In this document: one piece after another, positions 25,789 to 32,000 of the stretch | Position numbering within the stretch: position 1 is the first letter of the stretch | How the letters are laid out: each line of letters begins with the position of its first letter | Assembly (NCBI RefSeq): GCF_001545095.1 | Contig: NZ_CP013213.1 | Span: forward strand, 1,440,001 to 1,472,000 | Length of the DNA: 32,000 nucleotides | Reading direction: 5' to 3' | From: Erysipelothrix larvae | GTDB lineage: Bacteria; Bacillota_I; Bacilli_A; Erysipelotrichales; Erysipelotrichaceae | Program-made: the position numbers and the translations under genes | Notes under the pieces: generated by a model | The model's database searches: none | Seen by the model: only the letters and a program-made list of their open reading frames with translations | What the model was told of the DNA's origin: nothing

Positions 25789-27246
25789 CTACCTCCCATC
25801 AAGCATTTCCGATATGATACTGCTCTTCTCTAATGGAGCATCATTAAAGGGCACAACGTAAAAATAAAAATTATACCCACTCATACCGTTATCAAAAATT
25901 TTCTGTTCAATATACGGCTTTAGAGCAGAAATATCTCTCTTCATCTGTTCTTTGACTGCAATACGATACTTGTTATTATTAGTTTCTGTGTAGCCTAACG
26001 AAAGTGTATAACCAAGGAAAACACCAAAGGCCATATCTGGTTTTGCTACACTAGCTTTATTAGGTATCAGAAGATTAACCATATAATTTGTTGTATCAGA
26101 ATCATAGATACTTCCATGCGTGGTGTTCTCCACCATCTTTAATTCAGTGTCACTGTTACTTTCAATCTCAATAATCTTATCGAATGCACGGTCGATCGCT
26201 ATGGCTAAATCTCCATGAACATCTGATGCTCCAAAGACAAGCTGATGGAATAGCTGGCCATTATCATTTATAGCAAGTAGGTGAACCCCATCACTTTTAC
26301 TTTCGATGCTTCTACCCAGATCATTTATTTCGATTTTGCTCATTATTTTAGGTGCATTTAGCTCTTGTTCCATAAATACATAAAGGAGCATTTCTCCTAG
26401 GACCGTTTCTGCAGAGGCTCCATAAGCTTGCATAAATTTAACTAAAGCTTGTGAACCTATAGCATAACTTTTCTTTGAAGTAATAAGTCTGTTTGTTTTC
26501 GCTCTAGAAAATACATAGTTTCCTATGTTATCCACAAGATATTCCTTTAGCGCCCTAAACTTAAACTTGCAATTATTAGCGTCAACACCGTATATATGTA
26601 CATTGGATGGATTAGATAAACCAAATATATTTATAGAGGACACTTTTTCAAATACCCTCTCAAAAGTCGGGTCATGTAAAGTCTTATGTAAAGGGATTTG
26701 AGATTCAGCTTTTGCACTTTCAAAATAAATCTGCTCATCAGATAGGTCAAAAGACTCTACATAACTTTTATCAATTTCTTTTATTGCTTTTTTACATTCT
26801 TGGTTTTTAACTTCAATTATCGCAAAGTAAAATACGGATGCCAAAAGAGCAGATAAGCTAAATGTAGAATTATTTATGATGTTATTTTTTTCATAGCCCT
26901 TAATATATCCAATCACAGTTTGATCTTGAATATTTGAATCCTCACGCAAAATTTCTTTAATAGCACGAACTACCGATTCACGCTTACTATCTTTTATTAA
27001 TTTTACTACTTTATTTTCAAATACTCTCTCTGCATCTTCAAATGATGTATCTCTAGCAGCGGCAATCACATCTGGTGGTACATTATTCCGGCCACTTTTG
27101 AGATGTCCAGGCAAGGAACTATCAAAAGAATTTGTTGTTTGAGAATAAGAAGAAAAGATGGCATCGCACAACAAATCATTCGTAACTTTTTGGTTACGAG
27201 CTTGATACAATATGTGCATAAGTGTACCAAAACATAATCGTTTCAT
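25789..27246 (-). CDS. hamA: HamA-like (DUF1837-type) protein with a roughly 225-aa N-terminal extension
   Basis: Start re-assigned to ATG 27246 (MKRLCFGTLMHIL...) with GGAGG 7 nt upstream; the track start at 27324 has no SD. The C-terminal half, ...VLGEMLLYVFMEQELNAPKIMSKIEINDLGRSIESKSDGVHLLAIND...QLVFGASDVHGDLAIAIDRAFDKI (26209-26400), matches my recollection of the DUF1837 core. It sits immediately upstream of a coupled helicase gene. Confidence 0.55.
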   Translation of the reverse strand: MKRLCFGTLMHILYQARNQKVTNDLLCDAIFSSYSQTTNSFDSSLPGHLKSGRNNVPPDVIAAARDTSFEDAERVFENKVVKLIKDSKRESVVRAIKEILREDSNIQDQTVIGYIKGYEKNNIINNSTFSLSALLASVFYFAIIEVKNQECKKAIKEIDKSYVESFDLSDEQIYFESAKAESQIPLHKTLHDPTFERVFEKVSSINIFGLSNPSNVHIYGVDANNCKFKFRALKEYLVDNIGNYVFSRAKTNRLITSKKSYAIGSQALVKFMQAYGASAETVLGEMLLYVFMEQELNAPKIMSKIEINDLGRSIESKSDGVHLLAINDNGQLFHQLVFGASDVHGDLAIAIDRAFDKIIEIESNSDTELKMVENTTHGSIYDSDTTNYMVNLLIPNKASVAKPDMAFGVFLGYTLSLGYTETNNNKYRIAVKEQMKRDISALKPYIEQKIFDNGMSGYNFYFYVVPFNDAPLEKSSIISEMLDGR

Positions 27247-27397
27247 TGCGATGCCTCCTATTATTCTATTACAGCAATTTTTATATAATCGATCGACTCC
27301 ATCACCATGACTATGCTTAATCATTAGACTCAGAGTATCTACAGTCTAGCTTGGAAGGGTTCTCTTCTATATAAAATGATAGCTCCTTGTATATTTC

Positions 27398-27403
27398 ATT
27401 ATA
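27398..27403 (-). promoter_or_regulatory. candidate -10 box for the hamA-like/hamB-like operon
   Basis: A perfect TATAAT on the minus strand lies in an AT-rich tract (CTCTATTTTATAATGAAAT) about 150 nt upstream of ATG 27246. There is no convincing -35. Confidence 0.25.
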
Positions 27404-27457
27404 AAATAGAGCTTTTACGACATCCCTAAAAGAGTTTATTTCCCCATTCCTCCAACT

Positions 27458-27619
27458 CTAAAGTTCCATTTCATTCAGTATCTCCTTAAGCTTTTTAAGT
27501 TCTTCTACGCTTAAGGTTACACCTTTGCCCATTTTCTCCTGTTCAGGTGCCCAATCTCTGATGTCATATTTAGGTTCCCTGTCATTCCAGCTGATTAAAT
27601 TCAGCTCAATAAATTGGTC
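27458..27619 (-). pseudogene. 5'-truncated remnant of a PC4/YdbC-like ssDNA-binding protein gene
   Basis: The frame opens right after a TAA (27620-22) with no start codon: DQFIELNLISWNDREPKYDIRDWAPEQEKMGKGVTLSVEELKKLKEILNEMEL*. This matches the C-terminal two-thirds of bacterial YdbC/PC4-like proteins as I recall them (...ELNLISWN...PKYDIRDW...MGKGVTL...). The first 20-25 codons or so are missing, and it starts 14 nt after the hsdS stop. Confidence 0.55.
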
Positions 27620-27635
27620 TTAGAGGTAATTATTC

Positions 27636-29063
27636 TTACTCCTTCACAAGCTGTTTTGTTTGTGGTAACATTTCTTCTATCTTCTCCACAATACGTTTTT
27701 GTTCTCCAAGTGGGGGGAGAGGTAGAATAGTATTTGCTATATCTCTCATAACCCAATTCTTATTACCAACACCTCTAGTATTTTCTCTGGCTTGAATTTG
27801 TACAACAGGTGCTTTAATTACGTACATGAAATACTTATTGTATATCAACTCAGTATTAAATTTTAGAAGTGCAACGCTAACGAATAGGCTAAACTCTTTA
27901 TCAGTATCCACTATGACAGGAATTCCAGTAGTTCCAACTTTAGTTAGAAGTATATCATCCCGTTCCGGATCACATCTTTTGTAAAGAGACTCGTGTTCTT
28001 CTTGTGAGATAAATTTTGTATTAGAAAAATCCATCTTCCCACTACTAATGTCTTTGACAGATATAAATGGAACACCTGTAGCAGTGTATTTAGGGGTACT
28101 ATGAGTCCCATCAGTTAATTTATATAGGAGTTCTCCTAACCTAACCCACTTCCAATTCTCCGGAATATCAAATGGAATCTCATCTTCTGTGATCTCCGGA
28201 AGAACCTTAGTCTTTTTAATCTTCCCTTCCTTAATCAGCTTTTTCTTTTCTTCTTGAATTTGCTTATAAAGGTCTTCTGCTGTTCCATCTTCTTCTCGCT
28301 GCTCTACCAGCTTGCCTTGGATGGCATATTGTAAAATAGATTTTTGCATATCTTCTGGGAACTTTTTATTCAGTTCCTCCACCTCAGTATAGGCTTTATC
28401 GTATTGTTCTACATAAGGCATTAGCTCTTCGATCTTTGCTACGATGCGCTTTTGTTCTTCTAGTGGGGGGAGGGGGATTAGCTTCGGCTCAATCATTGGA
28501 ACTGTCAACTGCTTTATACTTGTTCCCACGCCTTTTTCAAGTAATGCTGTTAGAACATTTTGAACATACTTATTATCTAATTGATCAGAAATGTTTATTA
28601 CGAGTAACCTTACAACAGGTGTAAATGGTTCAGTCCTCAGACACGAAAATCCAATTGTTCCTCTTCCAGAAACCGTAATACACGATTCTTCTATTGTAGC
28701 TTCTTTCGTATATCCTATTATGCCATCATTTTGTATACCATTGGCTATTACTGGAACTGTATGCGTTTCTGTTTTGCTTTTCAAAAAATCTTTTGGTTTA
28801 TCCCCGCCAGCTTTTATAAATAGTGATAAGTCAATTAGTCTAACCCATTCCCAACTCTCTGGAATATCAAATGGAATCTCATCTTCCTTGATTTCTGGCA
28901 GTTTTTTCTGCTTTTTAATTTTACCTTCTTTAAAAAGCTGTTTCCTCTCAGCTTGAATCTTCTCAATTAATTCTCCTGCAGTACCTTCTTCTTCCCGCTG
29001 TTCTACAAGTTTCCCCTGTATGGCAAGTTGAAGGATACTGTTCTTTAAGTCCTGTGCATTCAT
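27636..29063 (-). CDS. hsdS: type I restriction-modification specificity subunit
   Basis: 475 aa with two target-recognition domains. Each is preceded by a conserved helix (SILQLAIQGKLVEQREEEGTA... / SILQYAIQGKLVEQREEDGTA...) and followed by PLPPL(E/G)EQKRIV.KIEE. The ATG directly abuts the hsdM stop. Confidence 0.9.
   Translation of the reverse strand: MNAQDLKNSILQLAIQGKLVEQREEEGTAGELIEKIQAERKQLFKEGKIKKQKKLPEIKEDEIPFDIPESWEWVRLIDLSLFIKAGGDKPKDFLKSKTETHTVPVIANGIQNDGIIGYTKEATIEESCITVSGRGTIGFSCLRTEPFTPVVRLLVINISDQLDNKYVQNVLTALLEKGVGTSIKQLTVPMIEPKLIPLPPLEEQKRIVAKIEELMPYVEQYDKAYTEVEELNKKFPEDMQKSILQYAIQGKLVEQREEDGTAEDLYKQIQEEKKKLIKEGKIKKTKVLPEITEDEIPFDIPENWKWVRLGELLYKLTDGTHSTPKYTATGVPFISVKDISSGKMDFSNTKFISQEEHESLYKRCDPERDDILLTKVGTTGIPVIVDTDKEFSLFVSVALLKFNTELIYNKYFMYVIKAPVVQIQARENTRGVGNKNWVMRDIANTILPLPPLGEQKRIVEKIEEMLPQTKQLVKE
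28137..28349 (-). repeat. hsdS internal direct repeat, copy 2 (partner at 28836..29045)
   Basis: It encodes MQKSILQYAIQGKLVEQREEDGTAEDLYKQIQEEKKKLIKEGKIKKTKVLPEITEDEIPFDIPENWKWVRL. Copy 1 encodes KNSILQLAIQGKLVEQREEEGTAGELIEKIQAERKQLFKEGKIKKQKKLPEIKEDEIPFDIPESWEWVRL. The DNA is clearly similar by eye (for example ggaatatcaaatggaatctcatcttc in both). Confidence 0.8.
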
Positions 29064-30533
29064 TTAATTACCTCCAAACATAGAAGTAATCTGTTCTAAT
29101 ACATGATCGATTTCTGCATTAAGAGATGCCCGCTTCTCCTGGTATTTTTGAATCAAATCCATAGGTTCAAGAATCACTTCTTCTTCATGAGGGAATCCAC
29201 AAAGATCAATATTATAGCTTCTTTCTACAATTTCATCAATTGTGTATCTCTTGGCTTTTGGAAAACCATCCACTTCGATCTCTTCTCTGTTCTCCCACCA
29301 GCTAAGGGCATCGTTAAAATGTTCCAGCTTCATCGGTCTGGTTTTGGAGAAATTCTTGTAGCCTTCTGGCATATCCACACGATAGAACCAGGTTTCCTTG
29401 GTTGGTTCTGTATTATCAAAGAACAGGATATTAGTTCTTATAGATGTATAAGGCGCAAAAACGCTGTGTGGCATTCTTACAACTGTGTGAAGATTAAATT
29501 CACTGAACAGCTTTTTCTTGATATTAAACTTTCCGTTATCTGTACCAAAAAGGAACCCGTCTGGAATGATTACAGCACATCTACCATTTTTCTTAAGCCT
29601 GTACATAATCACATTCATAAATAAATCTGCTGTTTCAGAACTTCTAAGTTCTGTTGGGAAGTTAGACTTCACGCTGTCTTTCTCACTTCCACCATAAGGA
29701 GGATTCATTAAGATCACATCGAAAGGTTCCATCTTCCGCATATCTTTATAGTCCATCTCCAGTGCATTACCATGGAGGATATTTGGATCATCGATATCAT
29801 GAATCAACATATTGGTCACACAAAGCATATGAGGAAGTGCCTTCTTCTCAATACCATAAACGGATTTATTGTAGATTTCTCTATTCTCCAATGAGTTACC
29901 TACCTGTTTATCTAATTCATTGAGGGCAGAGGTCAAGAAGCCACCGGTACCACAGGCGAAGTCTCCGATTCTATCGCCTAGGACAGGCTTTACTACTTTA
30001 ACCATAAAGTCTGTCACTGCCCTTGGTGTGTAGAACTCACCGGCATTACCAGCACTTTGAAGGTCTTTTAGGAAAGACTCATAAATGGCACCAAACTCAT
30101 GGCGCTCCTTGTATTCGGTAAAGTCAATCTCATCAATGATATTGACCACTTGCCTTAGAAGCACACCATCTTTCTGATAGTTGTTAGCATCTTCAAAGGC
30201 ATAGCGAACAATGACCTGGCTCATTGGTGTGTTTTCATCAATTTCAAGATTCTTTAAAGTTGGAAATAATGTATTGTTGACAAAGTCCAGGAGGGCATCC
30301 CCTGTGAGTGCTTCTCCATCTTTTCTATCCACCGCCCAATCACGCCATTTAAGTCCTTCTGGAAGGATAGACTTGTAATTATCATTTAACAGCTCCCATG
30401 TTTCTTCTTTTGCATCATATATTTTTAAGAACAGAATCCACACGATCTGCTCAATTCTTTGGGCATCACCATTAACGCCCGAGTCATTTCGCATGACATC
30501 CTGGATTCTTTTCACAAAGTTACTAATCGCCAT
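29064..30533 (-). CDS. hsdM: type I restriction-modification N6-adenine DNA methyltransferase subunit
   Basis: 489 aa. It has the N-terminal HsdM_N-type region (RIEQIVWILFLKIYD), FYTPRAV, motif I GDFACGTGGF and motif IV ILMNPPYGG. Confidence 0.9.
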   Translation of the reverse strand: MAISNFVKRIQDVMRNDSGVNGDAQRIEQIVWILFLKIYDAKEETWELLNDNYKSILPEGLKWRDWAVDRKDGEALTGDALLDFVNNTLFPTLKNLEIDENTPMSQVIVRYAFEDANNYQKDGVLLRQVVNIIDEIDFTEYKERHEFGAIYESFLKDLQSAGNAGEFYTPRAVTDFMVKVVKPVLGDRIGDFACGTGGFLTSALNELDKQVGNSLENREIYNKSVYGIEKKALPHMLCVTNMLIHDIDDPNILHGNALEMDYKDMRKMEPFDVILMNPPYGGSEKDSVKSNFPTELRSSETADLFMNVIMYRLKKNGRCAVIIPDGFLFGTDNGKFNIKKKLFSEFNLHTVVRMPHSVFAPYTSIRTNILFFDNTEPTKETWFYRVDMPEGYKNFSKTRPMKLEHFNDALSWWENREEIEVDGFPKAKRYTIDEIVERSYNIDLCGFPHEEEVILEPMDLIQKYQEKRASLNAEIDHVLEQITSMFGGN

Positions 30534-30555
30534 TTTATCTACCTGCCATCTCTAT

Positions 30556-32000
30556 TTATGCGTAATATATTTCGTTTTCTAGCTCCTGTACTGCTTTCAA
30601 ATAAGCTTCCTTACCACCAAAGGCTTTGACAATCTTCATCGGGCTGCCAATTTTCTGGAACTCTTTCAGTTGAAGTACTTTCGTATCTTCAATCTCCTTG
30701 ATGCCATCATTGGCATACTTGTCAAGTAGGGCTTCAATAACCTCTTTGGCTACATCTGAATACTTGTAAAGGTAATGCCTTTTCTTCACGTTCTCTGCCC
30801 GTTCCTTCTTGGTCAGGGGTGCCTTATCATAGGCTATGTGGCAGATGAGATCAAAGTCATCCAGCTCCGTTTTTCCCAATTCTTGTCTTACCGCTTCAAG
30901 AAGCACACCGTCATCCTGGAGTTCATCAATGATGGCTTGCTTCCTTTCAGCTTCTGTCCAGGTGCTCAGGAAGTCATCCAATCTTGAATACTGCTCAAGG
31001 ATGTTTTTCTTTGTGTAGTCAATAAGACTTTCAGTAATGAGCTTGCCATCCTTATCTACATACTGGACTCTTTCTGATAGAACTTTTACCAGAACATCGC
31101 CGACATAATATTTTCTTGGTTTGTCTTCGCCTTCATCATCAAAGGGTGGAGTATCATCGGTTACATATTCGCCATCATCTTCTTTAACACCATCAGTACC
31201 TGTATCTTCTCCAGTACCTTCTTCACCTTCCTCTGTAGGTGTTTCAGGCTCATCCACTGGGTCATCACCCCCAAGGTCAATGACCACTTCTGGCTTACCA
31301 TCAAAGGCAGGATCGGCAAAAAGTCTACTGGCATTTCTAAAGTCCATAATGGTAAAGTAGGTCTTGCCGTAATCTTCAAGAAGGCGTGTTCCTCGACCAA
31401 TAATCTGTTTGAACTCAGTCATGCTGTTGATGTTGTTCTCCAGTACAATGAGTTTACACATCTTGGCATCCACACCTGTGGTCATGAGTTTGCTGGTCAC
31501 TGCTATCACCGGATAAGGGCTTTCTTCATCAATGAAATTTTCCAGCTGCGCTTTACCGATATCATTGTCACCGGTAATCCTCATGATATAACGGTCATTT
31601 TCGGCATAAAGATCCTTATTTTCATTGATCAGTGATTGACGCATCCTCTCTGCGTGTTCAATATCCACACAAAAAACAATGGTCTTACTGAACCGATCAG
31701 TCTTTTTCAGAAACTCAGATATTTTAGATGCTACCACCCGAGTTCTATCGTCAATGACAATATTTCTATCAAAGTCTTTGACGTTGTACTCTCGATCTTC
31801 TATCTCATAGCCATGCTTATCCACTTTGCCCGCTTCTGGGCGATAGCCTTCAAGGTCTTTATCCAGACCGATACGGATCACTTTATAAGGTGCTAGGAAC
31901 CCATCATCGATACCCTGCTTTAAGGAGTATTCATATATCGGCTCTCCAAAATAAGTGAAGCTAGAGGCTTCCTTTGTTTCAATTGGAGTAGCTGTACAGC
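30556..32000 (-). CDS. hsdR: type I restriction enzyme R subunit, C-terminal part (gene continues beyond window end)
   Basis: The track's M at 31881 is an internal GTG. The frame stays open to 31998 (...TPIETKEASSFTYFGEPIYEYSLKQGIDDGFLAPYKVIRIGLDKDL...). It has helicase motif VI QIIGRGTRL, an acidic linker, and a C-terminal domain resembling EcoEI_R_C (DDFDLICHIAYDKAPLTKKERAENVKK...FGGKEAYLKAVQELENEIY). Confidence 0.85.
   Translation of the reverse strand, partial: CTATPIETKEASSFTYFGEPIYEYSLKQGIDDGFLAPYKVIRIGLDKDLEGYRPEAGKVDKHGYEIEDREYNVKDFDRNIVIDDRTRVVASKISEFLKKTDRFSKTIVFCVDIEHAERMRQSLINENKDLYAENDRYIMRITGDNDIGKAQLENFIDEESPYPVIAVTSKLMTTGVDAKMCKLIVLENNINSMTEFKQIIGRGTRLLEDYGKTYFTIMDFRNASRLFADPAFDGKPEVVIDLGGDDPVDEPETPTEEGEEGTGEDTGTDGVKEDDGEYVTDDTPPFDDEGEDKPRKYYVGDVLVKVLSERVQYVDKDGKLITESLIDYTKKNILEQYSRLDDFLSTWTEAERKQAIIDELQDDGVLLEAVRQELGKTELDDFDLICHIAYDKAPLTKKERAENVKKRHYLYKYSDVAKEVIEALLDKYANDGIKEIEDTKVLQLKEFQKIGSPMKIVKAFGGKEAYLKAVQELENEIYYA

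Noticed and set aside
25785-25802. Helicase ORF start at TTG 25802 or ATG 25799, overlapping the upstream gene
   Set aside because: These codons sit inside the SD-like GGGAGGTAGGAGG. ATG 25784 is correctly spaced from GGGAGG and lies 4 nt after the upstream stop.
27247-27324. 26-codon N-terminal extension of the HamA-like ORF in the track (MIKHSHGDGVDRLYKNCCNRIIGGIA)
   Set aside because: There is no SD before ATG 27324, whereas the internal ATG 27246 has a perfect GGAGG at 7 nt. The extension is probably untranslated leader.
31121-31360. Ser/Pro-rich 79-aa plus-strand ORF
   Set aside because: It is the mirror image of the acidic Asp/Glu/Gly/Thr linker of HsdR (GAA/GAT-rich codons read antisense). 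It is not an independent gene.
27636-32000. The type I R-M operon as a novel system or a phase-variable shufflon
   Set aside because: The hsdR-hsdM-hsdS order and motifs are canonical. No additional hsdS half-cassettes, inverted repeats or recombinase gene are visible in the window.

Overview
Every gene I can support lies on the minus strand, so the window is best read from 32000 down to 1. In that order it contains five blocks. (1) The 3' two-thirds of a type I restriction-modification operon, hsdR (partial), hsdM and hsdS (32000-27636). (2) A roughly 160-nt 5'-truncated remnant of a PC4/YdbC-like gene. (3) A visibly AT-rich two-gene module (27246-23169): a 485-aa protein whose C-terminal half looks like DUF1837/HamA, tightly coupled to an 871-aa Ski2-like DEAH helicase. 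I read this as a Hachiman-like defence pair with an unusual long HamA and consider it the best candidate for new biology here. (4) The helicase's intrinsic terminator, followed immediately by a complete group IIC intron (about 23120-21265) with an En-less reverse transcriptase/maturase. (5) After a roughly 580-nt leader with tandem terminator-like hairpins, about 20.7 kb of an HK97-like siphovirus-type prophage of Firmicutes/Clostridia flavour. The prophage runs: sigma-r4 protein, Bro/KilAC antirepressor, DUF4406-like protein, VirE-type primase, iteron/AT-rich candidate origin, VRR-NUC, SNF2 helicase, DUF1492-like late regulator, HNH, terS, a cargo block, then terL, portal, ClpP protease, major capsid, connector and adaptor genes, major tail and the tail chaperone (partial). 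The cargo block is metK, a ParB-N6/N4 methylase, a long multi-TRD C5 methylase and three small unknowns. I found no integrase, repressor, tRNA, rRNA or CRISPR array. Product calls come from motifs recognised by eye and from gene order. No database search was run, and many start codons were re-assigned from Shine-Dalgarno spacing.
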